Of a DNA stretch of 64,000 nt, positions 9,535 to 19,434 are shown piece by piece. The stretch comes from a phage: sequence record OZ346219.1, one strand, 5' to 3'. The notes below the pieces were generated by a model. That model was not told the DNA's origin. It was given only the letters and a program-made list of their open reading frames with translations, and made no database searches. How positions within the stretch are numbered: the first letter of the stretch is position 1; each line of letters starts with the position of its first letter. The position numbers and the translations under genes are program-made.

Positions 9535-9793
9535 AAATCGCCCTCAGTTCTTTATAGCCTCCAATGTGCTCGTTGTCAATGAATATCTGGGGGTATACAA
9601 ACCGGAGGCTCTTTGAGTTCAGCCTCCCCGCCAGTTCTTCAATCATATCACGGTCGGGAATAATGTCAACCCCGACCTGCTTGAATACTGGTTTAAGTGT
9701 ATATGGAATACCCAGATCATCCAGTAGCTTCATTGCACTAATACAACCATAACAATGATAAGCCTCTTTCGGTATACCGTATATCTCGATCAT
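9524..9793 (-). CDS. Glutaredoxin-like protein (NrdH-like)
   Basis: CYGC redox motif near N-terminus, about 89 aa, C-terminal IGGY motif; position corresponds to T4 nrdH. Confidence 0.7.
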   Translation of the reverse strand: MIEIYGIPKEAYHCYGCISAMKLLDDLGIPYTLKPVFKQVGVDIIPDRDMIEELAGRLNSKSLRFVYPQIFIDNEHIGGYKELRAIYDY

Positions 9794-10266
9794 TTCTCAG
9801 CCTTTAATCTTTCTAGTTCTTCTTCCAGTTCCTTGATCCGTTGGTCACGTTCAAAGTCACGCTGCAACTTAGTGGCGAATACTCGTTTAAACTGATTGTA
9901 ATCATCGATTTTAAACACTTCTTCTTCGCCATAGCGACGCACAGAAACTTCGTAGTTATTGAAGAATTGTTGCATCATTGCTTCGGATGATAGTTCTGCT
10001 GATACTACTTTAAAATATTGATCTTCGGTAGGTGAAAACCAATTACAAGCATAAAGATAAACCTTTTCATTGTCTGGACACTGGTAAGCCTTACCATCGA
10101 TTTCAATCACAGAAACATATTCAGGTATAGTAGATGAATCAATAGCTAAGACTTTAAACTGACGGTCCCCGATAAACTCGGAGATCACACGATTCGCATC
10201 ACTGGTTGCAAAGGCTTTACGCGCTTGTTCGTTTTTCCACTGATAGGTCATGCCAACAACAAACAT
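9790..10266 (-). CDS. Paralogue family member 4 (divergent WEVGKTY-domain protein)
   Basis: N-terminus MFVVGMTYQWK aligns to MKWEVGKTYTWK of neighbours; C-terminal coiled-coil tail. Confidence 0.55.
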   Translation of the reverse strand: MFVVGMTYQWKNEQARKAFATSDANRVISEFIGDRQFKVLAIDSSTIPEYVSVIEIDGKAYQCPDNEKVYLYACNWFSPTEDQYFKVVSAELSSEAMMQQFFNNYEVSVRRYGEEEVFKIDDYNQFKRVFATKLQRDFERDQRIKELEEELERLKAEK

Positions 10267-10267
10267 A

Positions 10268-11092
10268 TTACCAACCTCGCTCTTTACCAATCAAAAATTC
10301 AACTTCACGACGTTTAATGTCTTCTTGAAGGTCTTTAATCTTCTGGCGATCTTGCATTATTTCGTCCATCTTGTCAAGTGCTGCGATGAAATCATCGAAA
10401 CGTTCAAAGGTTTTACCTTCATTTGCTTCGCTAAATTTAACCATTGTCAGGCCATAACGACTACTAAACAGACGTTTCAACTGTCCAACGATCTTAGAAT
10501 CAGTGGTTATAACTTCCAATTCTTCTACTTCACGAAAGAATTTTCTATCAGAATCAATAAACCAGCTAGTTCCTTTATGGTCGCTATCTTCGGTTGCACT
10601 CATTAGAGTATGGTCTTTACCATCAATTTCAATTACATTAACTTGCCCACATAGACTAACATTTTTAACAGTAAAAGGTCTATAATTTATTGCTCGTGCA
10701 ATAACATAATTAAGGTTAGATACGTTTTCAGCATAATGACAGAAGTCGGTCATAGCATTCGCATCTTTCCAAGTATAAGTTTTACCAACTTCCCATTTCT
10801 GGGGAACTTCTTCAACTTCACGAAAGAATTTTCGATCGAATGGACTAAAGAAATATGTTGCAGTCCAAATGTCTTTTCCTGTAGCAGTTTTCGCCGTATG
10901 ATAAACACCGTCTAGCTCTATTGCATTAATCCAACCGTTACCCTCGATCTCGATGATGGTAAATGGCTTGTCACCAATAGCTGCACTAATATCGCTGTTA
11001 AGTGGAGAAAGAACACCTTCTCCGTTAGTAATAAACTCAGTTTTAGAGTTTTCATCTTTCCAAGTGTAAGTTTTACCAATTTCCCATTTCAT
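10268..11092 (-). CDS. Paralogue family member 3, two tandem WEVGKTY domains
   Basis: MKWEIGKTYTWKD... and internal QKWEVGKTYTWKD..., each followed by DRKFFREVEE. Confidence 0.6.
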   Translation of the reverse strand: MKWEIGKTYTWKDENSKTEFITNGEGVLSPLNSDISAAIGDKPFTIIEIEGNGWINAIELDGVYHTAKTATGKDIWTATYFFSPFDRKFFREVEEVPQKWEVGKTYTWKDANAMTDFCHYAENVSNLNYVIARAINYRPFTVKNVSLCGQVNVIEIDGKDHTLMSATEDSDHKGTSWFIDSDRKFFREVEELEVITTDSKIVGQLKRLFSSRYGLTMVKFSEANEGKTFERFDDFIAALDKMDEIMQDRQKIKDLQEDIKRREVEFLIGKERGW

Positions 11093-11104
11093 AATATATT
11101 CCCC

Positions 11105-11569
11105 TTAACCGATTTTATCAAGTTCGTTTAATGCTTTCTCTGCTTCCGGTATAGCTTGCACCCTTTCCGGCATTTTGTCAAGAAAATCTTTCAACTCTTC
11201 AAAACTGGAGATATGACGCAAGGCATTAGCACCGATAGCCGCATGTGATTTGCATTCAAAGCGAATTTTATAATTATCCATAGCCAATTTGAGAAGATCA
11301 ATTAGTTTAGATTCTTCTGGAATAATAATTTCTTCAAATCTGCTACGGTCGTGACACAGAAACCAACAATATAGACCTACATCGGTTGAACTCATATAAG
11401 TTCCATCATGAAGATATACAGATCGCACGTATCCTTTTTTCGCATCAACCGACGCAACTTTAAACGGTAATCTCAGATATTTCAAATAATCAACATCATA
11501 CCATTTAAAAAATTGTTTTGCATCTTTTACATCTTTCCACGCATAGGTCTTACCAACTTCCCATTTCAT
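11105..11569 (-). CDS. Paralogue family member 2 (WEVGKTY domain)
   Basis: MKWEVGKTYAWKD at ATG 11569. Confidence 0.6.
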   Translation of the reverse strand: MKWEVGKTYAWKDVKDAKQFFKWYDVDYLKYLRLPFKVASVDAKKGYVRSVYLHDGTYMSSTDVGLYCWFLCHDRSRFEEIIIPEESKLIDLLKLAMDNYKIRFECKSHAAIGANALRHISSFEELKDFLDKMPERVQAIPEAEKALNELDKIG

Positions 11570-11573
11570 AATA

Positions 11574-12101
11574 TCATCTCTCATTTTTGATACGTGATTC
11601 TAATTGGATCATACGGTCGCGCGTTTGCTTATATTCTCGGATAGCACCGATCCGGCTAGGCATACCATCCAGTACGCTCTTAATACCTTCTAGGGTAGTG
11701 ATTTTAGCAATGCTATTATGTAACCCCATCTTATCGATCAACTGAATGTCGTAGGCTTCCATAAGCAGACCCAGGAGTTCTAAAGTTAGGTCTTCTTCTT
11801 TTTCTTCCGATTCTGGAATCTTAGGTTCAATAGTAACTTCGGTAAAGAAACGACGCTCACCAGACCAAAACCACACACCGGAACAGCCAATAGGGGATTC
11901 TTTTAACGTCATAGAGTCGTAACCACTTCCGATAATAGTAATTTCTCTAACATCACCATCATCGTCAATGTCTTCTACCATAAACGGGCGACCAGCCAAC
12001 AGGTCCACAATACATCTGTTAATAGACGACGAAAATTTAGTCAGTTCGGCTTTCGACGCTTCACATTCAATCTTGTAAGTTTTACCAACTTCCCATTCCA
12101 T
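11574..12101 (-). CDS. Paralogue family member 1 (WEVGKTY domain)
   Basis: MEWEVGKTYKIE after GAGGTGA SD. Confidence 0.6.
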   Translation of the reverse strand: MEWEVGKTYKIECEASKAELTKFSSSINRCIVDLLAGRPFMVEDIDDDGDVREITIIGSGYDSMTLKESPIGCSGVWFWSGERRFFTEVTIEPKIPESEEKEEDLTLELLGLLMEAYDIQLIDKMGLHNSIAKITTLEGIKSVLDGMPSRIGAIREYKQTRDRMIQLESRIKNER

Positions 12102-12111
12102 AATAATCACC

Positions 12112-12621
12112 TCAAATAATTTTCACTGGAATACTATTAACAATCTTGTATTGTACTTGATTGTCAGACCCCCGCCACGGCTTCTTCGTTGGCATATCTT
12201 TAATATAACGCCCATCGATGAACATGTCAACAGATTCTACAATTTTTCTTTGCTCATCATTCAATTGGTCAAGGGTATAACCAGACCATAGCCAAATATC
12301 TTTATTTGGCATCCATGATTTTACTTCATCGATGATCCGCTGTACACCCTTTAAATTGCGTTTATACAATGGATCGCCACCTAAGAATGTTAGTCCCTGA
12401 ATAAAATCAGGTCTAAGCAGATCCAGAATCAATCCCATTGTATCATCGGTGAATGGTTCCCCGTTCTTAGGATTGAGTAGGCTAGCATTAAAGCAACCAT
12501 CACATGCGTGTGAACATCCGGTAACGTAAAGGGAGACTCTCACTCCCTCACCGTTAACCATATCACAATCTTTAATATCGGCATAGCGTAGTTTGCCGTA
12601 TGTATCAGAACTCATATTCAA
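12112..12621 (-). CDS. nrdG: Anaerobic ribonucleotide reductase activating protein NrdG (radical SAM)
   Basis: CxxxCxxC cluster GCSHACDGC, about 160 aa, adjacent to nrdD. Confidence 0.85.
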   Translation of the reverse strand: MNMSSDTYGKLRYADIKDCDMVNGEGVRVSLYVTGCSHACDGCFNASLLNPKNGEPFTDDTMGLILDLLRPDFIQGLTFLGGDPLYKRNLKGVQRIIDEVKSWMPNKDIWLWSGYTLDQLNDEQRKIVESVDMFIDGRYIKDMPTKKPWRGSDNQVQYKIVNSIPVKII

Positions 12622-12832
12622 TTACCCCGAACTCGTTTACAATCTGCGCTTTATAGTAACCACCGCGAGATGCTAATAGATAAGCTGGGCTTAGGTATTC
12701 GTATTCACGGATTTCTACTTGTGCGTTTTCAGTTTCCCAAATCAGTAAAGTCCACATATTTGATTCTCCTGTAAAGTTGTATCTCGTCTTGATGAATATA
12801 GTATAGGGGATCTCGCGATCCCCGTCAAGCAT

Positions 12833-13381
12833 TTATTTTAAATTTTTTCGAATGTAGTCAGACCATTCCTTCCCTGTCAGTTCGGTCCCATTCTGGAAAC
12901 TGAAATATTCATACGGCATCGAGTCAAGATAAAACAGGATCATACATCGCGCCATATAATACCAATCACGATTAAAGTAAACTACGTTATCGCCAGTACC
13001 ATCAGCACCTTTATCATAACCATCGCGGGTACGGGCGACCCATTGAATAGTATCATTTTTCTCACGGATCGTAACAGGTTCCCAATATCCAGCACATCCA
13101 GCATGACCACACGAACAAGTAAGGAAATATTGTCCTTTTGCTTTGTTGTCGTCCCATTCACGATGGATTGGTTCGATCTCGTGAAACAGTGCTAAGCAAT
13201 CATGATTATGCAACACTGGCTTACCATCAATCAATGCATGGAATGTATACAAACGACCCGTAGACAAATAGCTATCCTCACGCTCAACCAGTTCAATAGC
13301 AATCTTTTTAGCTCGTTCTTTGTGTCGTTGTGCTTTACGCTTACGGTTTAATGATTTCATATTCACCTCACACATTATCAA
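12833..13381 (-). CDS. Hypothetical protein
   Basis: 182-aa ORF between nrdD and nrdG. Confidence 0.45.
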   Translation of the reverse strand: MIMCEVNMKSLNRKRKAQRHKERAKKIAIELVEREDSYLSTGRLYTFHALIDGKPVLHNHDCLALFHEIEPIHREWDDNKAKGQYFLTCSCGHAGCAGYWEPVTIREKNDTIQWVARTRDGYDKGADGTGDNVVYFNRDWYYMARCMILFYLDSMPYEYFSFQNGTELTGKEWSDYIRKNLK

Positions 13382-13917
13382 AGGTCGCGATATAGTACAT
13401 TATGAAAATGAGAACTTGCATTACCAATATTGTAGATAATAAATTCTTCATCCGGCGCTTGCGCTACAAATTGAGTATGAGCAACCGCCACAACCTTAAA
13501 AATACGATCCGTGATCTTGTGTTTAATTTCTGCCCCTACTTCCATAGGAACATATTCATTTGTTTCTGTTTCAGTCGCAAAACAGCCATCTTCTTCATAA
13601 GCACGAACAAATCGATCGCAATCAGTACGCTTAACAAATTCAAGAGTATACAATTCTCGTGAATTGTCGGTATAGACCAATACAGAATTATTATGATAGC
13701 GAATCACATACAGGTTATTATCATCGTCAATTACGCAAAAGCTACGGATTCCTTCGCCTTTACTCCAGCAGATATTAACCACCGTTCCTCTAATAAAAAA
13801 ACTTTCCTTTAAATTAAAACTAGTCAATGTGCTAGCGTGCATTTTAACAACAACACCATCGCCAATTTCCAGTTTACGAAGTTTAACTTCTTTGTTCAGT
13901 ACACAAAACATCATCAT
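13378..13917 (-). CDS. Hypothetical protein
   Basis: 179-aa ORF, first gene after early promoter at 13947-13974. Confidence 0.45.
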   Translation of the reverse strand: MMMFCVLNKEVKLRKLEIGDGVVVKMHASTLTSFNLKESFFIRGTVVNICWSKGEGIRSFCVIDDDNNLYVIRYHNNSVLVYTDNSRELYTLEFVKRTDCDRFVRAYEEDGCFATETETNEYVPMEVGAEIKHKITDRIFKVVAVAHTQFVAQAPDEEFIIYNIGNASSHFHNVLYRDL

Positions 13918-13946
13918 GTTGTCCTCTCGTTGTTTTCGATGTGAGC

Positions 13947-13974
13947 ATTATACATTAGCTAATCATGTTGTCAA
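13947..13974 (-). promoter_or_regulatory. Sigma70-like early promoter (TTGACA-16-TATAAT)
   Basis: Reverse complement reads TTGACA...TATAAT upstream of ORF 13378..13917. Confidence 0.55.
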
Positions 13975-13980
13975 CACCCC

Positions 13981-14011
13981 AAAACGAAAAAGCCGACCCT
14001 TTCGGATCGGC
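13981..14011 (-). terminator. Rho-independent terminator downstream of nrdD
   Basis: GCCGAUCCGAAAGGGUCGGC hairpin followed by UUUUUCGUUUU on minus strand. Confidence 0.6.
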
Positions 14012-14017
14012 TGAAAT

Positions 14018-15880
14018 TTACATGTGCTTAACGCGGTTTACCATCTCGGAGTGTTTCCCGTGGTTGAATGGACGCAGATCAACAGATCCAAGATATCCAC
14101 TAACGCGACGGATAACATTCATCTTTTCCAGATTGTCATTACCGCAATCAGGACAAACAAAACCAGACTCGGTCGCTCTCATTTCCTTAGTAGATCCGCA
14201 TACATGACATACATCAGAAGGAGTATTAACACCGAAGTAGTGCAATTTATCCATTGCATAGTCTACTACAGTTTCAAGACCTTTCAGGTTGTTTTTCATG
14301 TCTGGGAACTCAACATAAGAGATCATGCCACCGGACGCCAGCCAGTGATAATCTTTCTCAAAGTCAATTTTCTCAAATGGAGTGACTTTCCGGTCTACGT
14401 CAAGGTGGAATGAGTTGGTGTACCAGTCTTTATCGGTAGCACCCTTAACAATACCAAATTGCTCTCGGTCCAGTCGATTAAATCGATAGCAAAGGCTCTC
14501 GGCTGGAGTGCCGTAAAGACTAAACCCAAGTCCGGTTTCGTCCTTCCATTTTTCAGTATAATGACGCAAGATCTTAAGAATATGTTTACCGTATCGCTGC
14601 GCATCTTCCGAATCAAACGGATGAACACCAAACAGGACGCTCAATACCTCATGTAAACCAATATATCCAAGAGAGATACTAGCGCGACCATCTTTCAACA
14701 CTTCCAAAATTTCATCGTTTTGATGAATACGGAAAAACGCACCTTCGGTATACAGCACCGGAGCAACATTGGCTTTAGCCCCTTTTAAAGCGTCTACGCG
14801 ACTCATGAGCGCATCAAAGCAAATAGGCATACGATTGGCTAGCTCTTGTTCGAATAGCTCAATTCTGCGCATTACAGACGCTTTACCAGCACGACGCGCG
14901 GCAATAAGGGCAATACGCGGAAGATTCAGGGTCACAACACCCAAGTTATTACGTCCGTCTAATACTTCTTCGCCTTTCTCATTATGCCACACACCCAGGA
15001 AGCTACGACAACCCATCGGGCTAACCGGAACACTAGATCCGGTGATACTACGGTTATTCTTCGCAGAGATATAATCAGGGTAAAGACGCTTACTAGAACA
15101 TTCCAATGCAAGTTGCTTAATGTCGTAGTTCGGATCTTCCGGTTTAAGGTTTAATCCTTCTTCTAAGAACATCACCAGCTTAGGAAACACCGGAGTGATA
15201 CCATCTTTACCTAAACCTTTAGTTCGAACGTTCAGGATCGCTTTCTGAATCAGTTTTTCTTCCCAGCTAGTACCCATACCAAAGGTTAAAGTCACAAAAG
15301 GCGTTTGACCGTTGGTGGAGAACAAAGTGTTGATTTCATATTCCAACGCTTGATACCCGTCTAAAGTTTCTTTTTCTGTCTTCTCTTGTGCATAGAGAGT
15401 ATCAGCTTTGATTCCGTAGGTTTCGGCATCAGCAAGGTGTTTATGATATGTTTTCTCAACATACGGTGCTAACACCTGATCGATGTTTGCGATTGTGGTC
15501 CCGCCATATTGATGACTTGCCACCTGTGCGATAATTTGAGCGGTTACAGCACAAGCAACGCCGATTGATTTCGGACTTTCGATTTGTGCGCTACCCAATT
15601 TAAAACCATTCTCTAACATGTCTTTGAGATTAACAAGACAGCAGTTAGTAAACGGCATAGCGGGTGCATAATCCATATCATGATAATGAATGTCACCGTC
15701 TACATGCGCTTTATAGATGTGCTCAGGTAACACGGTTTTAGCAATCTGTTTAGACACAGCACCAGCAATCAGATCTCGACGTGTCGGGAATGTTCGCGCG
15801 TCTTTGTTCGCGTTCTCTTTGCTTACTTCGTTTTCTTTACCCGTTGCGATCTCTGTAATGTCTTTGATTAGTTTTTCCAT
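14018..15880 (-). CDS. nrdD: Anaerobic ribonucleoside-triphosphate reductase NrdD
   Basis: 620 aa; C-terminal glycyl-radical motif RVSGYLG and CPDCG zinc ribbon; uninterrupted (no intron). Confidence 0.9.
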   Translation of the reverse strand: MEKLIKDITEIATGKENEVSKENANKDARTFPTRRDLIAGAVSKQIAKTVLPEHIYKAHVDGDIHYHDMDYAPAMPFTNCCLVNLKDMLENGFKLGSAQIESPKSIGVACAVTAQIIAQVASHQYGGTTIANIDQVLAPYVEKTYHKHLADAETYGIKADTLYAQEKTEKETLDGYQALEYEINTLFSTNGQTPFVTLTFGMGTSWEEKLIQKAILNVRTKGLGKDGITPVFPKLVMFLEEGLNLKPEDPNYDIKQLALECSSKRLYPDYISAKNNRSITGSSVPVSPMGCRSFLGVWHNEKGEEVLDGRNNLGVVTLNLPRIALIAARRAGKASVMRRIELFEQELANRMPICFDALMSRVDALKGAKANVAPVLYTEGAFFRIHQNDEILEVLKDGRASISLGYIGLHEVLSVLFGVHPFDSEDAQRYGKHILKILRHYTEKWKDETGLGFSLYGTPAESLCYRFNRLDREQFGIVKGATDKDWYTNSFHLDVDRKVTPFEKIDFEKDYHWLASGGMISYVEFPDMKNNLKGLETVVDYAMDKLHYFGVNTPSDVCHVCGSTKEMRATESGFVCPDCGNDNLEKMNVIRRVSGYLGSVDLRPFNHGKHSEMVNRVKHM

Positions 15881-15924
15881 TGTATCACCTATGAAAAAGC
15901 GGGATTTCTCCCGCTCGTTGATAG

Positions 15925-16419
15925 TTATTTTACCAGTTCTGCTAATTCTTTTTCTTTAGCTTCTAGTTCAGCTTTAAGCTGTTTAATCTCTTGTCGCTTC
16001 TTATTAGCGGCTTCCTGCTTACTATTTCGGATAACCTGATCTAGATACAACTCCCAATCCTGAATATTTTTGATAATGTATCCGTCAACATTAATTGGTC
16101 GGAGATTCAGTACAGCTTCCAGTTTAGTCGCAAAAACTTTAATTGCTGGCGTGAAGTATTCATATTCGTTATCTTCAAACCAATAACCTAGACTTGCATT
16201 ATCAATACGAAGACGAAGTTCAAGATCAAGGTCTTTATCTTCGGTGTAAAGATCTTTCACCTGACCCAGCGAACTAACAACAACTTTAAAACGAATTTTA
16301 TCTACACCACCAAACACATCAGTAAGTATACCAGCAATTGAGCTATTAGCGCAAGATTGGTCGCTGAATGCGTCAAGGTTTTCTTTAGTTACAGTATACC
16401 AAACATCTTGTACCCACAT
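15925..16419 (-). CDS. Hypothetical protein with C-terminal coiled coil
   Basis: 164-aa ORF, ATG at 16419 after conserved GAGGATTATATT leader. Confidence 0.5.
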   Translation of the reverse strand: MWVQDVWYTVTKENLDAFSDQSCANSSIAGILTDVFGGVDKIRFKVVVSSLGQVKDLYTEDKDLDLELRLRIDNASLGYWFEDNEYEYFTPAIKVFATKLEAVLNLRPINVDGYIIKNIQDWELYLDQVIRNSKQEAANKKRQEIKQLKAELEAKEKELAELVK

Positions 16420-16450
16420 AATATAATCCTCTCGTTGTTTAGATGGGAGT

Positions 16451-16479
16451 ATCTTACTACTCCCGTTTCATCATGTCAA
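16451..16479 (-). promoter_or_regulatory. Sigma70-like early promoter with palindrome spanning the -10 element
   Basis: rc: TTGACA-17-TAAGAT; GGGAGTAGTAAGATACTCCC inverted repeat. Confidence 0.5.
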
Positions 16480-17042
16480 GCGTTAAATGACTTTTGGATC
16501 TCTTTCAGTTCAGCTACTTTATCGGCGCTGAATTTAGCGTAGGTATCATGTCGAATAATTTCACTTTCAAGAAAGGTTTCCAGCCGAGATCTATTTTCAA
16601 TAAGGAACTCTTTCAGGTCTTCCGCGTTCTTGATAAAGATTTTATTGTCGGTAATGTCATCTTCAATCGCAAAGGAGATAGAGCGAACTTTACCAAACAA
16701 GTTAATCAGATCTTCCAGAGATTCTTCTTTCTTAACTGGTTTCATTTCTTCAAACTGCTTTTTAGTGATGCGTTTAAAGTATTTGCGCTCGCTTGCATCA
16801 ATCATGATTGACGCACCCTCATAATCATGAGTTTCTACCAAATACACTTTACCCATAACATTAACCGTAAGAACTTTAAAGCCCCTGTGAAGCACACCAT
16901 ACAGGAACTTGTTATGTTGTGGGTAGCGTTTAACAAATTCCTCTGCGGACTCAGCATTACGGAAAGTGTAATAACGACCTCGTTCAAAAACAGCATCAGT
17001 TGAAGACTTAACCGGATACAATTTATACGTTTTCTGTACCAT
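16476..17042 (-). CDS. Hypothetical protein
   Basis: ORF with ATG at 17042 after GAGGATTATATT. Confidence 0.5.
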   Translation of the reverse strand: MVQKTYKLYPVKSSTDAVFERGRYYTFRNAESAEEFVKRYPQHNKFLYGVLHRGFKVLTVNVMGKVYLVETHDYEGASIMIDASERKYFKRITKKQFEEMKPVKKEESLEDLINLFGKVRSISFAIEDDITDNKIFIKNAEDLKEFLIENRSRLETFLESEIIRHDTYAKFSADKVAELKEIQKSFNA

Positions 17043-17056
17043 AATATAATCCTCTA

Positions 17057-17329
17057 TCATTTCACTAATTGAACAGCACGGAACAGAATGCGCTCACACG
17101 GAAGCAGCATAAATTCCCAACGCGGATCAAAGTCTTTAGCGGTGTATGTTTTCCCATCAACCGAGATTTCACTTACATAACCAACAGGTGACACTTTAAG
17201 AACAGTAAACCCATTCTTGATGACTTCGTAGGTATCTTTCACCCCTTCGTATTCATCATCTAAGAAGTCTTTATGTGCTTGCTCAGATTTAAAAACATAG
17301 GCAACACCGGATTTAAACATCTTACGCAT
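17057..17329 (-). CDS. Hypothetical protein
   Basis: MRKMFKSG... after GGAGAATCAACA leader. Confidence 0.45.
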   Translation of the reverse strand: MRKMFKSGVAYVFKSEQAHKDFLDDEYEGVKDTYEVIKNGFTVLKVSPVGYVSEISVDGKTYTAKDFDPRWEFMLLPCERILFRAVQLVK

Positions 17330-17360
17330 TGTTGATTCTCCTTCTTGATTAGATGGGAGT

Positions 17361-17389
17361 ATTTTACTACTCCCATTTCTTATTGTCAA
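17361..17389 (-). promoter_or_regulatory. Sigma70-like early promoter with palindrome spanning the -10 element
   Basis: rc: TTGACA-17-TAAAAT; GGGAGTAGTAAAATACTCCC. Confidence 0.5.
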
Positions 17390-17392
17390 CTA

Positions 17393-17866
17393 CTATCTTA
17401 ATCTTTGTATGAATTGTTTCTTATACTTCTTCGTGATCTCTTCTCTTGTATCAGCGTCACAATAATCGAAACCTTCTGCGTCCATAATAGCAACCATCTC
17501 CGCGCGTGTCAAGCGTGAAAATCGTTTTACTTTATCAACAGCATATTGAGGATGTAAATGATTGTTGGTGTAGTCTCCTTTGATGTAATTAACATAGTTT
17601 GTAGCCCAAACAACGAAATCAGCACCTAAAGCACCAACACCAAACCGTTTAAAGTCTCCGGTCAACGATCCTTCTAGGCGGTTGCAACACGAATGAAGCA
17701 ATCCCCTTACGCGGCCTTGCCCTTTCCCATCTAGATCGTGGTCGTGGTCAAGATGGTTTTTGCTCATATCCTCAAAAAGTGGCAATTGACAAAGGGGGCA
17801 AATGCCCCCCTGTTTTTCGAATAGTTCTTGTTTGTACTCTTTAGCACTCTTAGCAGTCAGTAACAT
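17393..17866 (-). CDS. 49: Endonuclease VII (Holliday-junction resolvase gp49)
   Basis: MLLTAKSAKEY...CPLCQ...NHLDHDHDLDGKGQGRVRGLL matches T4 endo VII zinc and catalytic motifs. Confidence 0.85.
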   Translation of the reverse strand: MLLTAKSAKEYKQELFEKQGGICPLCQLPLFEDMSKNHLDHDHDLDGKGQGRVRGLLHSCCNRLEGSLTGDFKRFGVGALGADFVVWATNYVNYIKGDYTNNHLHPQYAVDKVKRFSRLTRAEMVAIMDAEGFDYCDADTREEITKKYKKQFIQRLR

Positions 17867-17890
17867 AAATTCACCCTCCAAAGAAGGTAT

Positions 17891-18172
17891 TTAACCATTA
17901 ATCTTGTTTTTGACTACAAAGGATCGGAACTCATCAAAACCACCGATATAATCACCATCATAGAAAATCTGCGGCATGGTGGCAATAACTTCTACCCCTG
18001 CGCGATCCTGAATATCGGCAATGATAGAATCAATCTTTACCGGACGACCGTTTTCGTCCACACCATCATTAACCGGAATGTAGATGTAAGGGATCTTACG
18101 CGATTCACAAAGGCGCTTTGCATTCTGGCAATACTTACAGTTGTAACCTTCAAAACCAAAAATTTCTACCAT
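17891..18172 (-). CDS. nrdC: Glutaredoxin/thioredoxin NrdC-like
   Basis: MVEIFGFEGYNCKYCQNAKRL resembles T4 NrdC (CVYC redox motif region), ATG at 18172. Confidence 0.75.
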   Translation of the reverse strand: MVEIFGFEGYNCKYCQNAKRLCESRKIPYIYIPVNDGVDENGRPVKIDSIIADIQDRAGVEVIATMPQIFYDGDYIGGFDEFRSFVVKNKING

Positions 18173-18180
18173 GTTATACC

Positions 18181-18993
18181 TCAATCTACGTTAGTTACAT
18201 AAACTTCTTGTGTATCAGAAGACTTGCCACCTGAACGATCTAGGCAATAGGTCTTATTCAACAGGACGCAGTTTAAATCATTCCGCTTGATAAAGTCAAG
18301 AAGATGATCATTTACCTTTCCCTTATGATGTGTGACATTACTTATACCAAACTGAAAACCACGCGCCATAATAGATTCTACCCACTGATAGAATTTAATC
18401 TCTTCCTCGTCACTCCAGAACTTATTATATTCCGCAGAAGTGATAAGGTACGGCGGGTCCAAATAAACGAAATCACCTGGCAAGATCTCGATCTCGTCAT
18501 AACGACCAGACGTAAAACTGATTCGACCGTCTTTGTTTTCTTCCTTAAAATTCAGGACACGCTCTACCGCGTTTTCGTTAAAAGTCCGGCGACCAAAATT
18601 AGCATTAAATTCGCCCTTCCTGTTATGACGGTTAATGTTGCTAAAACTGTGCTGAATCAGAACAAACAGAGATAGCGGATCTGGATTCTCATTATACTTC
18701 TTACGGAATGCCATGTAAGCATCTTTATCATCACGAGACAAACCATTTTCGGCAATAATCCTCTTGATCATAAAAACCGGATCAGGACACTCATCAATGA
18801 CCTTGTAAGCGTCAATTAAGCGGTGATCATAGTCATTAGCCAGCACATCCCCTTCGACGTACAGAGACACGCTCAAGCCACCACAAAAGGCATCGACAAA
18901 GCGGTTATAGTGCTTAGGGAAATACTTACTAACACCAGGCAATAACTTTTCCTTATTGCCCGTATAGGGAATTAAACCTAATGCTTTCTTCAT
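18181..18993 (-). CDS. dam: DNA adenine methyltransferase Dam
   Basis: FCGGLSV (AdoMet motif I) and DPPY catalytic motif; overall similarity to T4 Dam. Confidence 0.85.
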   Translation of the reverse strand: MKKALGLIPYTGNKEKLLPGVSKYFPKHYNRFVDAFCGGLSVSLYVEGDVLANDYDHRLIDAYKVIDECPDPVFMIKRIIAENGLSRDDKDAYMAFRKKYNENPDPLSLFVLIQHSFSNINRHNRKGEFNANFGRRTFNENAVERVLNFKEENKDGRISFTSGRYDEIEILPGDFVYLDPPYLITSAEYNKFWSDEEEIKFYQWVESIMARGFQFGISNVTHHKGKVNDHLLDFIKRNDLNCVLLNKTYCLDRSGGKSSDTQEVYVTNVD

Positions 18994-19427
18994 TATCCCT
19001 TCCTCAAATAAGTTCTTTCAATTTCTACCAGTTCGAAAAATTCTTCCCAATCACACGGAAAATTGCAGTTTCCAAAATGGTCTTCATTGTAAAGTTCTTT
19101 ACCGGATGGCAACTTAATATCTGTTACAGTATACCAACCGCAACAATCGCAATCACCCTCAGCAACAGAAACTTTCGTAGGAATTTGCATCATTGCAAGA
19201 TACAAAGGCACGTCGGACTGTTCAAAGATCATGTAACCTTCATGGTCAAACGAAACAAAATTATCATCACCCAAAAAAGGGATATAGTGGTCATAGTCAG
19301 TAACAGGTTGACCGTGTAATTCCCATTCTACAATATTAATCTTACCGCTAAAAGTGATACCCATCATATCAACCATAAAATGGGTATCATCGATGTAAAT
19401 CTTACTAGGAGTTGGATAAACCATCAT
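18993..19427 (-). CDS. Hypothetical protein
   Basis: 144-aa ORF. Confidence 0.45.
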   Translation of the reverse strand: MMVYPTPSKIYIDDTHFMVDMMGITFSGKINIVEWELHGQPVTDYDHYIPFLGDDNFVSFDHEGYMIFEQSDVPLYLAMMQIPTKVSVAEGDCDCCGWYTVTDIKLPSGKELYNEDHFGNCNFPCDWEEFFELVEIERTYLRKG

Positions 19428-19434
19428 ATAATCC

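Noticed and set aside
14018-15880. Group I intron / I-TevIII-like insertion in nrdD as in T4
   Set aside because: The nrdD ORF is continuous over 620 codons with the glycyl-radical motif in frame; no interruption seen.
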